DNA of 64,000 bases, from positions 42,230 through 106,229 of the forward strand of contig CAIMVM010000073.1 of NCBI GenBank assembly GCA_903844895.1, read 5' to 3'. Position numbers and translations under genes: made by a program. The notes under the pieces are model-generated. The model had not been told where the DNA came from. It did not search any database and saw only the letters and a list, made by a program, of their open reading frames with translations. The number at the start of each line of letters is the position of its first letter. Position 1 is the first letter of the stretch. Below are positions 39,783 to 50,111 of this stretch, piece by piece. The DNA is from an uncultured Pseudomonadota bacterium (GTDB lineage Bacteria > Bdellovibrionota_B > Oligoflexia > Oligoflexales > CAIMVM01).

Positions 39783-41402
39783 ATGAAAGCACTTAGTTTT
39801 GCACTTCTTTCAACCGTTACTTATACAGCAATTGGTTGTTCAAGCAAGTTGTCTGAAAAACAACCATCTAAAGTTGATTCTATTATTGCACCACAGCTTG
39901 GCATGACTCTTGGTCGAGGATACGATCCAACTCACCCCAATGAACCAAAGGGAGACTGCATCGCCAACGTTAATGATGCCAAAACTGAAAGCTGGAATGA
40001 TGCTACAGGTATCGTTGGCTCTCTGACGGAAACAAGAATTCGCTCATGGGAGCAAATGCAAAGCGAGCTTTCGTTAACTGCCAATGCCGCGGCAGAAAGC
40101 TTATGGGGAAACGCGAATGCATCATTTTCAAAATTTGAAAAATTTCGCAGCGACGAAAACTCATTTACCTGGCTTGCCAAATTTGTTGTTGAATCTGGCG
40201 AAAAAACCCTCGACGGATCAAAAGCAATTCTTACCGTCGCTGCGCAAAACTTGCTGAATGCGAATCGTTTATCCGATTTTTACAAGATGTGCGGCACGGA
40301 GTACATTCGTTCCATTAAACTTGGAGGTCGAATTGTCGTCGCAAACGAGGTTAGCTCTCAATACAAAGACATAGTTAAAAGTATAACTGCAACGGTTGGA
40401 GGCAAAGCTACGTTTGGTGGTTTTGGATTTGCAGGATCAGCGGCCTTTTCTTCGTATTTTAATGATGCATTTTTCAAGAGTGTTCTTACGCGTGAAATTG
40501 ACCAAATTGGTGGAAGCGCGATAGACATCACACAATTAAGCCCTGATAACTTTTCGGCCTACCTAAATAGGTTTCAAAACGAGTTAAAGAATCTCAGGCA
40601 GGGCAAGGTTATTCAGATTGAAACTGCAAGTTGGGATACATTGGGGGTTTCAAATCTGGGAGGGTTGGCAGATTGGCACCGGAAGCAGACACTTGATGAA
40701 CTCTACAAAAACTATCGCTTGAATGTAAATTCTCTCAATCGAATATCAGACTTTGGCTTTTGGAAAAGTGAAGGAAAGATAGCAATTGCAGAGGAAACAA
40801 TGAGCTACTTAAATCGCATGAAGTTTCAGATTGAGAAACAAAATACAGCAATTGCTTCGCGAGCAACAAAGTGTATGGAGCTTAATAGTTGTGATGCTTC
40901 AGGATTTGATTACATCACAGTAAAGTTTCCGGCAGTTGAATCCAGTCCATCACAGGCTCGCGAGCAATTTGGCAATCTCAGATTCTCTGTGAGGGAAAAT
41001 GTTTCCAACTTTGGCTCAACGGCTGAATACGATGGTGAGACTGTTCGCTATTATGACATTCCAGTTGTCGAATTAAGTGATTCGAATCTCAAAACTGCTC
41101 GCATCTTGGTTTACGAAACACCTTGCGAAAGTGCAGAATCCTGGATGAAGACAAGTCATGACACGCTTCATGCGCGTGGCGTTCATACTGCTGGAGTCAT
41201 TCAATATGACCATCGTTTAAGAGCCTTAGAAACAAACTGGTTTGACGGGCATCTTTCACGGTTGGTGGTTTTTCAAAAAGGCACCAACGGACTTTGTCCG
41301 ATTCTTAAGGCCACGGCGGATGGCACTGGTGTTACTCGCTGGCTGAATGTGCCAGACTTCGATAGCGTTATACGTGATATCGAGCGCACCCTTCAAAACT
41401 AG
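39783..41402 (+). CDS. Lipoprotein with MACPF/CDC-like pore-forming domain
   Basis: Lipobox AIGC (C19); LGRGYD, FYKMCGTEYIRSIKLGG (MACPF-type GTxY-x6-GG), later QIGG; Gly/Ala/Ser-rich amphipathic segments; coiled coil and C-terminal domain. Confidence 0.72.
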   Translation: MKALSFALLSTVTYTAIGCSSKLSEKQPSKVDSIIAPQLGMTLGRGYDPTHPNEPKGDCIANVNDAKTESWNDATGIVGSLTETRIRSWEQMQSELSLTANAAAESLWGNANASFSKFEKFRSDENSFTWLAKFVVESGEKTLDGSKAILTVAAQNLLNANRLSDFYKMCGTEYIRSIKLGGRIVVANEVSSQYKDIVKSITATVGGKATFGGFGFAGSAAFSSYFNDAFFKSVLTREIDQIGGSAIDITQLSPDNFSAYLNRFQNELKNLRQGKVIQIETASWDTLGVSNLGGLADWHRKQTLDELYKNYRLNVNSLNRISDFGFWKSEGKIAIAEETMSYLNRMKFQIEKQNTAIASRATKCMELNSCDASGFDYITVKFPAVESSPSQAREQFGNLRFSVRENVSNFGSTAEYDGETVRYYDIPVVELSDSNLKTARILVYETPCESAESWMKTSHDTLHARGVHTAGVIQYDHRLRALETNWFDGHLSRLVVFQKGTNGLCPILKATADGTGVTRWLNVPDFDSVIRDIERTLQN

Positions 41403-41868
41403 CGTCGAATCTCCGTCGCTAAGAGCGAGCAGTGCCAAATACCTTAATAAGCTCTTGCAAAATTTTCAGAGAATGCCTTCAAGACCCTAAGGTACCATCC
41501 TTCAATACGATGCGCCTTAGGGCATTTTCAAACCCTAATGTATCACCCGTAGAATGCAGTAATCGCTGTGGAAATTTTAGATATACATTTCCCTGGGGCT
41601 AGTATTGCTTTTTGGCCTAACTCTTTAATAGACAAACTTCTAGCCGATGGGCTGAGGCAGGTTGTAGAAAATTTTCGGATTTGTTTGGGTGAAACACTAG
41701 GCGGGATTGGAGTTCTCTCACGCCTACGGTATATCAATAGCAGCTCAAGACAAAATTTTTGAAAGCTGGAAACGACCGACGTTCTACATCGTTCCCTGCA
41801 AAGAACCTTACCCCAAGACCCAGCCAAGGCTATGCGAGCATTTTGTACGGTTAACAAAATTGAAGTGC

Positions 41869-41911
41869 GAGCAAAAATGAGAGCACAAATGAGAGAGCAC
41901 AAATGAGAGCA
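41869..41911. repeat. 12/14-bp tandem repeat (GAGCACAAATGA)x~3.5
   Basis: gagcaaaaatga gagcacaaatga ga gagcacaaatga gagca. Confidence 0.75.
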
Positions 41912-42200
41912 GGACCCTTTTGGGCAGAGTCGGAAAAATCACCAATATTATTGGCATTTTACACAAAAACCCTGCCTAAAAGGCCCACTTAGGTACGCCC
42001 AATTGGGAGCTTTTGGTTAAACTTCCAACAAACCCATTAACTTCCCCCTAACAATCGGTTATGTTAGCGGTCGTTTGATTCTTGTTTTTCTCGTAACTGG
42101 CTGAATTTAGTGGGATAATGTGCTACTAAAGACGCCTTTAAGAGAATTTACCAACATAGAGAATCTAAAGTTATTCGTGACACCGCTAGGAGACTATTTC

Positions 42201-43511
42201 ATGAGACTAAAATTAGGGACTTTTTTACTTACAACTCTTCTATCCGGCTTTGCGTTCGGGCCTGCGTTTGCTGGCGATAAAGTTATCATTATTTCCCCGC
42301 ATAGAAAATCCATTCAGGAAGAGTTTGTCCCTAAATTTATTGAGTACTATAAAGCTAAGTATAAAGCTGATGTCGAAGTGGAATGGATCGATCAAGGCGG
42401 AACAAGCGACGATATAAGATTCGTATCCTCTAAATTTGCTACCAATCCCAGGTCCTCAGGGATCGATATTTTTTGGGGCGGCGGTGCTAGTGCCTTTGGT
42501 GACTTGGCAAAAAGTACGTTTCTGTCTGAGTACAAACTTTCGGCAGAGCTAAAGAAACAGCTGCCTGAAAAAATAGCCGGTGTTGCGATGTATGATGCTA
42601 CCCAAACCTGGTACGGCTCTGCGGCCAGCTCATTCGGCATATTTACAAATAAGAAGCTTTTAAAGATTCAAAGATCTGAAGCACCTAAAATATGGGCAGA
42701 CCTAGCCAACCCTAGATTCGAAGACCAGATTAGTGCGACAGACCCCAGACACTCCGGCGGGGCTGCTATTATGAATACGATTATTCTGCAAGGCTATGGA
42801 TGGGATAAGGGTTGGGAAATCCTTGGAAACATGGCTGCAAACGTTAGAAAGTTCACTCACTCATCTTCTGACCCTATAAAGGCTGTTGTGAGCGGAGATG
42901 TTTCTCTGGCCCCCACTATTGATTTTTATGCCGCGGCTAAAATAGGTGATCTGGGTTCGGAAAATCTCGGATTTGTGTTGCCTACAGATTTTAGCGTTTT
43001 AGATCCTGATCCTGTGGCCATACTTAAAGGCGCTCCCAATCGAAAAGTAGCTGAGCGGTTTATGGAATTTGTTCTTTCAGCTGATGCTCAAAAACTACTT
43101 GTTCTACCTAAAGGCCAAAGCGGTGGCCCCGTAAAAGACACTCTTGGGCGCATGGCTGTAAATCGAGACACCTACAATCAAGTTCAGCTGAAGTCCATTT
43201 CAGCTAATCCTTTGATGTTCAAAACTAGCTTCACCCTAGATGCCCAAAAAGCCGCAAAGCTTAAAAACATTCTAAATGATCTCATCGGTGCAATTCACAT
43301 TGATATACAAAACGAGCTCAAAAATGCCGTTAAAAACTTACGAAAGAAAGGCGCAAAGCCTGCTGATATTTCTGCTTTGCTTAAGCCACCTATGAGTGAA
43401 AAGGAAGCTTTGGCCTTAGCAGATAAATGGGATGACGATGTGATTCGGAATAAAACCATAAACTCTTGGATTAATGACTATAAGAGTCGCTATATCGCAG
43501 CTTCTAAATAG
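42201..43511 (+). CDS. ABC transporter substrate-binding protein (Fe3+/thiamine/AfuA-like)
   Basis: ATG at 42201 with AGGAG RBS, signal peptide, IISPH, DIFWGGG, DPRHSG, DPVAILKGAPN. Confidence 0.85.
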   Translation: MRLKLGTFLLTTLLSGFAFGPAFAGDKVIIISPHRKSIQEEFVPKFIEYYKAKYKADVEVEWIDQGGTSDDIRFVSSKFATNPRSSGIDIFWGGGASAFGDLAKSTFLSEYKLSAELKKQLPEKIAGVAMYDATQTWYGSAASSFGIFTNKKLLKIQRSEAPKIWADLANPRFEDQISATDPRHSGGAAIMNTIILQGYGWDKGWEILGNMAANVRKFTHSSSDPIKAVVSGDVSLAPTIDFYAAAKIGDLGSENLGFVLPTDFSVLDPDPVAILKGAPNRKVAERFMEFVLSADAQKLLVLPKGQSGGPVKDTLGRMAVNRDTYNQVQLKSISANPLMFKTSFTLDAQKAAKLKNILNDLIGAIHIDIQNELKNAVKNLRKKGAKPADISALLKPPMSEKEALALADKWDDDVIRNKTINSWINDYKSRYIAASK

Positions 43512-43569
43512 TTCAGAATTTCAGTATCTTACTTCTAATGTTTGAAGTTTTTTGGCTCGGGGACTTATT

Positions 43570-44682
43570 ATGAAAGTTGAATTTAAAGACGTTTACAAAC
43601 GCTACGGTAAAGTAGTTGCTGTGGAAAAACTTAATTTGCTCATCGAAAGTGGAGCTCTTCACTTTCTTCTGGGCCCATCAGGATGTGGTAAAACAACCAC
43701 TCTTAGGATGTTAGCAGGACTTGAGGAAGTGAGTGAAGGCCACCTTTTGTTCGATGGAAAAGATGTTACCCACCTGCCCGCGGCAGAGCGGGGCATAGGT
43801 ATGGTTTTTCAAAACTATGCACTTTGGCCTCATATGACCGTCCAAAAAAATATCGAGTATGGCCTTAACTTGAGAAAGCTTTCCCCAGAAATCAAGAAAA
43901 AGCGTGTTACAGAAGTTCTGGGAATCACTCAATTGACTCCCTTTAAAGACCGGCTTCCAGGTCAACTTTCAGGGGGTCAGCAACAAAGGGTCGCTTTGGC
44001 ACGAGCGCTTGCTATCGAGCCAAGCGTACTATTGCTCGATGAACCGCTTTCCAATCTTGATGCAAAGCTTCGACATGAAATGCGAGATAATATTACTAGA
44101 ATTCACAAACAAACCGGCATCACGACTCTTTACGTCACACACGACCAAAAGGAAGCCCTTTCTATGGGAACTTCTATCACGGTGATGAGAGCTGGCAGAA
44201 CCATTCAAACGGGCTCCCCACGAGACCTTTATACGAGACCTGCTACGCCATTTCTCGCAGGATTTATAGGCGAAACCAATTTGATTCCTGGCGTTATCAC
44301 TAGTGTAAATAGGGACACAGCTGGTACATCCATAACCGTAGATACGGAAATTGGTTCCATTTTTTCAACGAATTCTCAGCTGAAGGAACCAAAGTCAGGG
44401 CAAAAGTGCATGATATCAATTCGACCTGAAATGCTTCAAATCAGGATTGATCCCTCTTCACCAGAACCCTCAAAAAATAAGCTAAGACTCGCTCTAGATC
44501 GGTTGACTTACTTAGGTGAGTCTGAGCAGATTCAATTAAAGCATGGTTCTCTTTTAGTTCGTGGAAGCGTCTTCAGGCCCACTTCCCATATGCCAGAAGA
44601 AGGAACTTTGCTATCCGTCGGGGTCGAGCCCTCTGATGTCTTGTTGCTTGCTGAAGAAACCGATTTGAGTTCAGGAACCTAA
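43570..44682 (+). CDS. ABC transporter ATP-binding protein (FbpC/PotA-like)
   Basis: GPSGCGKTT, VFQNYALWPH, LSGGQQQRVALARA, LLDEPLSNLDA, TOBE-like tail. Confidence 0.92.
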   Translation: MKVEFKDVYKRYGKVVAVEKLNLLIESGALHFLLGPSGCGKTTTLRMLAGLEEVSEGHLLFDGKDVTHLPAAERGIGMVFQNYALWPHMTVQKNIEYGLNLRKLSPEIKKKRVTEVLGITQLTPFKDRLPGQLSGGQQQRVALARALAIEPSVLLLDEPLSNLDAKLRHEMRDNITRIHKQTGITTLYVTHDQKEALSMGTSITVMRAGRTIQTGSPRDLYTRPATPFLAGFIGETNLIPGVITSVNRDTAGTSITVDTEIGSIFSTNSQLKEPKSGQKCMISIRPEMLQIRIDPSSPEPSKNKLRLALDRLTYLGESEQIQLKHGSLLVRGSVFRPTSHMPEEGTLLSVGVEPSDVLLLAEETDLSSGT

Positions 44683-44683
44683 T

Positions 44684-46399
44684 ATGAATATGAAGTCTCA
44701 GAACTCTGCATTTAAGACCTATTTTCCCAAAGTCCTTGGCTATGGGACAGTTCTAGCTACATTAGTTTTACTTTTCTTCTTTTTGATTTACCCGGTGGGC
44801 ATCATCGTGTCTAAGGCTTTCCTTGGACCCAATGGTTTTACTTTGGAATATTTTAGTCTGCTGTTTCAAAATGAATTACAAACCACGGCAATTTGGAACT
44901 CTATACAATTAGGAATCGCCACCACGATTTTAGCAACTATTGTGGCACTACCACTCTCCATCATGACAACGAAGTTTGATTTCCCCCTAAAGGGCATACT
45001 TTCAGCATTACTTTTGATACCGATGATCATGCCGCCATTTGTAGGTGCCATCGGTATTCAAAGACTTTTTGCCCGAATGGGTTCCGTGAACCAGTTCCTG
45101 TTAGAGCACAATCTAATAGTAACTCCTATAGACTGGTTAGGGCATTCGAACCAGTTTTGGGCAGTCGTAATTTTAGAAGTGATGCATCTCTATCCTATTA
45201 TGTACCTTAATTTAACAGCAGCCCTATCTAATGTAGATCCGTCACTGGAAGAAATGGCTGGCATCTTAGGCGCTGGTAGATTTAAGCAATTTAAAGATAT
45301 CGTATGGCCCTTAGCGCGACCTGGTTTTTTTGCCGGAGCTATCATAACTTTTATTTGGGCCCTTACAGACCTAGGGACCCCGCTCCTTATAGGCTTCCAC
45401 GACACCATGCCGGTTCGTATTTTTAACATGGTAACGGATATCAATCAAAACCCCGTGGGCTTTGCTCTCGTGTTTATCGTGATCCTCATGACGATATCTT
45501 TCTTTCTAATCTCGAAGTCAGCACTAGGTGGAAAGAAATATGAAATGATGGCTAAGGGCCATGTCACTGAAAGCGCCAAGAAAACTGGCTTTTGGGGCAA
45601 GACTGTTATCTACACATCCATTCTTGTGGTGGTGATCTTGTCTTTGATTCCCCATTTAGGTGTGATCATTACCAGCCTATCCGATGACTGGTTTATGACC
45701 GTACTTCCACAAAAATGGACGACAGAACACTATGCTGCCGTTTTACAGAACTCTTTATCTAGCGCGGGAATCAAGAACTCTCTGCTTTTGGCTTCTGCGT
45801 CCACTTTGTTCGACCTTGGTCTCGGTATTTTAATTGCCTATGCCATTCAGCGGAAGCTCGTTCCCCTAGCCAATTGGTTAGATGCTCTCGTTATGATCCC
45901 CTTGGCGCTTCCTGGAATTGTTCTCGCGTTTGGCTATGTAGTAACCTATGACGGCACGTTTTTAGACCCTCTAAATAATCCTGTATATTTATTGATCATA
46001 GCCTATGCCATTCGCCGTCTTCCCTATATGGTTAGATCAGCAACGGCAGGGCTACAGCAAATGAGCATTTCCCTTGAAGAGGCAAGCACTACTTTTGGCG
46101 CTTCTAAGTTTTATACACTCAGAAAAATCACAATTCCACTTGTTGCCGCAAATCTCATTGCGGGATCTCTACTTTGCTTTTCTTATGCGATGCTCGATGT
46201 GTCAGATTCCTTGATATTAGCTATGAAAGATCGCTTTTACCCGCTTACAAAAGCAATATATGTACTTTTTCTTGAGCAAGGAAATGGCGAGTTTCTAGCT
46301 TCCGCTTTAGGAGTCATCGCTATGGGGATCCTGAGTGCTTGTATCTTAGGAGCCTCTCTTATTCTCGGCAAGAAAATGGGAGAACTCTTTCGAAGTTAA
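44684..46399 (+). CDS. ABC transporter permease with duplicated domain (FbpB-like)
   Basis: Two EAA loops (SLEEMAGILGA, SLEEASTTFGA) and about 12 TMs. Confidence 0.9.
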   Translation: MNMKSQNSAFKTYFPKVLGYGTVLATLVLLFFFLIYPVGIIVSKAFLGPNGFTLEYFSLLFQNELQTTAIWNSIQLGIATTILATIVALPLSIMTTKFDFPLKGILSALLLIPMIMPPFVGAIGIQRLFARMGSVNQFLLEHNLIVTPIDWLGHSNQFWAVVILEVMHLYPIMYLNLTAALSNVDPSLEEMAGILGAGRFKQFKDIVWPLARPGFFAGAIITFIWALTDLGTPLLIGFHDTMPVRIFNMVTDINQNPVGFALVFIVILMTISFFLISKSALGGKKYEMMAKGHVTESAKKTGFWGKTVIYTSILVVVILSLIPHLGVIITSLSDDWFMTVLPQKWTTEHYAAVLQNSLSSAGIKNSLLLASASTLFDLGLGILIAYAIQRKLVPLANWLDALVMIPLALPGIVLAFGYVVTYDGTFLDPLNNPVYLLIIAYAIRRLPYMVRSATAGLQQMSISLEEASTTFGASKFYTLRKITIPLVAANLIAGSLLCFSYAMLDVSDSLILAMKDRFYPLTKAIYVLFLEQGNGEFLASALGVIAMGILSACILGASLILGKKMGELFRS

Positions 46400-46400
46400 G

Positions 46401-46436
46401 AAAAAGGTCCCCAATTTATAGTTGAGGACCTTTTTT
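46401..46436. terminator. Bidirectional intrinsic terminator
   Basis: AAAAAGGTCC-CCAATTTATAGTTGA-GGACCTTTTTT between convergent genes. Confidence 0.8.
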
Positions 46437-46461
46437 ACTTTAAAATTTTTAGCTAGAACGC

Positions 46462-46896
46462 CTAAGAGGCTTTTTTTCTAATAAACTTCTGTCGGGCTAT
46501 TTCGTATTTGATAAGATCTTCTGCATCGACGGAAATAGCATCGGAATCAAATTCATGGGTCGTTTTTTTCGTAATATTGAGTTTGCGAATATGGCTGACC
46601 CCCTTATGATTTTTGATCTTTTCTTTTTGTTTTCTGAGTTGCCCTGCCAAACGATCGACTAAAATGTCAACTGATCCGTACATATCTGGGCTCACGCTTT
46701 CTACTTCAAAATTAAATCCATCGCCCCCCTTTATCGTGCATTTGACACGATGAAGTTCGCGCTGAACATCGAAATATATATGGGCTTCCACTGGTTTTGT
46801 TACCCATTTTGCAACCCGATCATCTACCTTGACTCGGGCGTATTGTTCTAAACTTGATGAGGTTTCCATGTGCTTAAATGTGAATCTGATCTGCAT
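46462..46896 (-). CDS. hpf: Ribosome hibernation promoting factor / RaiA family
   Basis: MQIRFTFKHMETSSSLEQYA...DMYGSVDILVDRLAGQLRKQKEK; GAAGGAGA RBS before 46896. Confidence 0.88.
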   Translation of the reverse strand: MQIRFTFKHMETSSSLEQYARVKVDDRVAKWVTKPVEAHIYFDVQRELHRVKCTIKGGDGFNFEVESVSPDMYGSVDILVDRLAGQLRKQKEKIKNHKGVSHIRKLNITKKTTHEFDSDAISVDAEDLIKYEIARQKFIRKKAS

Positions 46897-47375
46897 TAAA
46901 TATCTCCTTCGCAAATCTGTTCTTACCTAAACCATCATTGTGAACAAGCTCTGACTCTAGGTCCTCCTTTCTATGTACGTCTCCCCACAATCTGGTACCA
47001 GCTATTCTCATCGTCTATCGTCATAGCTGCGCCTCAAAACAATATAAGACGCTAAAATTAAAGTCTTTTTTTACTCGGAATTTTTAGTGAAAAAAAAGCA
47101 AATTTGCAGAGCACTCCTATTTTAAGTGGCAACTTTCTTAAAACTTTCAATTGTTACGGCATGTTGCCTAGAGATGAAAATCCACGGACCTAGAGACACA
47201 AATCTCAATTCTTTTTTATCTGCGCTATCTCTTAAACGGAGATTTTTTTGGTGCCAAAGACAATATAAAGAACCTCCATCGTATATTGCAAATCTTCAAG
47301 GATTGTCTTTGGGTATGTCGTTGCTGCCTTCATTTAATATGTCAAATGCAGAGTTTTACTTTTCTTGATGACTCG

Positions 47376-47660
47376 ATGACAGATAACTATAGTCCCCAAG
47401 AGTGCAGACTTCTCCTGGTAGACCTGAATTCACTCAGGAACGCCCCAAATATCTTTAGGATACAGGCTCGGTTAGGCTCCCCAATAAAGCCACTTAATTG
47501 TAGTTTTTGTAAAAGGAACCTCGCGCCTCCAAACTTAAAGATGCCAGCCGAATGCGAAGTCTTTGACCAAATCCGTCCTAAGGCAGACATTTATAAGCTT
47601 ACGACTGGAGCCAGGGAGAATCAGGAATACATGCCTGATGGCCTGCCAGCGGACTTATGA
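47376..47660 (+). CDS. Small hypothetical protein with CxxC
   Basis: About 94-aa frame containing CSFC; weak RBS; unverified. Confidence 0.35.
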   Translation: MTDNYSPQECRLLLVDLNSLRNAPNIFRIQARLGSPIKPLNCSFCKRNLAPPNLKMPAECEVFDQIRPKADIYKLTTGARENQEYMPDGLPADL

Positions 47661-47797
47661 CGAACGCCCTGAAACGTGTCTTATTCAATGATTACGTATC
47701 CAATTTGAATTACAGCCTTTATTAAAATTTTTAGGCGCGCGAAGGGGTTATAATTTGAGTCATTGAAATTCAGTGTTTTTTTTTGCATTGTTAGGGC

Positions 47798-50056
47798 ATG
47801 GAGGTTTTTTTGGCCGAGACTTCATTAAATTCACAAATTCAAATTCAAGTAGAAGATGTTCGCTTTTACAATGAAGATAATGGATTTTCTGTATTTAAAG
47901 CCAGAAATGTACATAACGACCGATTAGTCACCGTCACAGGTAATTTTCCGCCGCTTTCTCAGGGTGAAATGTTTGAGCTGCAAGGCACCTGGTCTGAACA
48001 TAAAGAATTTGGAGCACAGTTTAAAACTGAGACGGCTACTTCGATAAAACCTAGCACGAAATCAGCGATTAAGCGGTTTGTGCAATTCATTCTATTTAAA
48101 GATATTAAGGGATTAGGTGAAAAAGCCGCAGATCGAGTGGTTGCTCATTTTGGCACCACATTATTTGATGTTTTGGAGAATGAGCCTGAGCTGCTTTCCA
48201 ATGTAAAAGGCATTAGCGTAAAGCATGTGGATATTCTTTCTGAGACATGGCGTCAACATCGACAAAATATCGATGCTATTATGTTTCTTAATAGTCACCA
48301 TATATCCATGAGTCTCGCCCAAAAAATTGTTAAAAAATATGGTTCTTCCACTCAAAAAATTGTTGAAGATAACCCTTACAGACTCGCGATTGAAATGTCC
48401 GGTGTTGGATTTAAAACAGCTGATGCTATGGCTAGAGCCCTGGGGCTGCCTACAGACTCCCCTAAACGCATGGAAGCGGCTATTTTACATACCTTAGTTC
48501 AAGCTGAAGACGCAGGCCATTGCTATTTAACAAATGTCCAGCTTTTTGGCCAATTGTTAGTCCTTCTTGAACTACCAGAGGCAAGTTTAGTCAAAGAGTT
48601 GCCAGGTTGTATTCAAAAACTCAACGACCAACGCCACATGGTTACTGAACAAGTCCCAGCAAATGGGGATGTCGTTCAGAGCTACCATTACTCTTGGGAT
48701 ATATACGAAGCGGAGCAATATGTTGCAGACAACATCAGCCGACTTATGAGTGCTGATTTTGGCGGATTTGACCCAAGCAAAGCAGATATTGAACACCGTA
48801 TTCATGCTTGGCTTGATAAATTTAAAGATACCTCAGGAACTATGCTCAGTGAAGAGCAGCTGCATGCCGTTCGAATGGCTGTCTCAAGCAAAGTTTTTGT
48901 GCTTACAGGGGGGCCTGGTGTTGGTAAAACAACAACTGCCAACACGATCATCCGACTCCTTAAGGCGATGGGAAAGACGATTCTATTAGGCGCGCCTACG
49001 GGCAGAGCCGCGCAGAGGCTCTCTGAGGTATCTGGCCTGTCGGCTAAGACCCTACACCGCCTTCTGGAATGGAATCCTTCGGAAGGAGGATTTGTCAAAA
49101 ATGATCAAAACCCTCTTACCGCGGATGTGCTAATCGTGGATGAATCTTCCATGATCGACATAAAGTTAGCGGACCACTTACTTAGGGCACTCCCTGACCG
49201 TACACAACTTATTTTCATTGGGGATGTCGATCAGCTGCCTAGTGTAGGTCCAGGAAGTGTATTGGGAGACCTCATTGAAAGCAACGCCATTCCGTTTGTA
49301 AAACTTGATAAGATTTTTAGACAAGCCCGGCAATCTAAAATCATTCAATCTGCCCACGCCATTAATCGCGGGGAACTTCCAGTATTTGAAAATGACGCCC
49401 AAAGTGATTGCCGCTTCTTTGACGCAGATTCCAATGACCGCGTTAAGTCGATTATAAAGACCTTGGCCTCCGAAGAATTAAAAAAATTCGGCTGGGATCC
49501 GGTACGAGACATTCAAATATTGACTCCCATGAATAAGGGAGAACTTGGAAATGATCAGTTAAATATAGAGCTTCAGGACCTTCTTAATCCGGCTGGGTCC
49601 GATTCACTGCAATTCAAAAAGAGATCCTTGACCTTTCGCACGGGCGATAAAGTGATTCAAGTGGTAAATAATTATGAACTTTCCGTATTCAATGGCGATA
49701 TTGGTTTTGTCCGTCATATAAATTCTGGGGGCGCAAAACTAATCGTAGAGTTTGGTGACCGGTTGGTAGGCTATAACGATGAACAAACTGGAGATTTACG
49801 TCTGGCCTACGCCATTACCATCCATAAATCACAAGGCTCAGAGTTTCCTGTAGTTATAATTCCATGTTCGATGTCGCATTTTGTAATGCTACAAAGAAAT
49901 CTTTTCTATACCGGCCTTACCAGAGCCAGGAAATTGGCTTTATTTGTTGGAACAAAGTCGGCCCTTTCAATGGCGGCAAAACAACAGCAAGCAAAATCTC
50001 GCCAAACCAGACTAAAAGAAATTCTAAAAGAAAATCTCGCACAGAGAGTCTTATAA
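47798..50056 (+). CDS. recD2: ATP-dependent RecD2 helicase
   Basis: N-terminal OB/HhH region (HKEFGAQF, NPYRL, GVGFKTAD), TGGPGVGKTT, APTGRAA, IVDESSM, AYAITIHKSQGSEF, YTGLTRA. Confidence 0.95.
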   Translation: MEVFLAETSLNSQIQIQVEDVRFYNEDNGFSVFKARNVHNDRLVTVTGNFPPLSQGEMFELQGTWSEHKEFGAQFKTETATSIKPSTKSAIKRFVQFILFKDIKGLGEKAADRVVAHFGTTLFDVLENEPELLSNVKGISVKHVDILSETWRQHRQNIDAIMFLNSHHISMSLAQKIVKKYGSSTQKIVEDNPYRLAIEMSGVGFKTADAMARALGLPTDSPKRMEAAILHTLVQAEDAGHCYLTNVQLFGQLLVLLELPEASLVKELPGCIQKLNDQRHMVTEQVPANGDVVQSYHYSWDIYEAEQYVADNISRLMSADFGGFDPSKADIEHRIHAWLDKFKDTSGTMLSEEQLHAVRMAVSSKVFVLTGGPGVGKTTTANTIIRLLKAMGKTILLGAPTGRAAQRLSEVSGLSAKTLHRLLEWNPSEGGFVKNDQNPLTADVLIVDESSMIDIKLADHLLRALPDRTQLIFIGDVDQLPSVGPGSVLGDLIESNAIPFVKLDKIFRQARQSKIIQSAHAINRGELPVFENDAQSDCRFFDADSNDRVKSIIKTLASEELKKFGWDPVRDIQILTPMNKGELGNDQLNIELQDLLNPAGSDSLQFKKRSLTFRTGDKVIQVVNNYELSVFNGDIGFVRHINSGGAKLIVEFGDRLVGYNDEQTGDLRLAYAITIHKSQGSEFPVVIIPCSMSHFVMLQRNLFYTGLTRARKLALFVGTKSALSMAAKQQQAKSRQTRLKEILKENLAQRVL

Positions 50057-50111
50057 GTTTCTTGGAATTAACAAAATCATTGTCATCTTAAATATGCGCT
50101 CAACTGCTAAA

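Noticed and set aside
41543-41902. Short ORFs right of the MACPF gene as immunity genes
   Set aside because: Overlapping opposite-strand ORFs, one starting inside the tandem repeat, with no signal peptide or RBS; unsupported.
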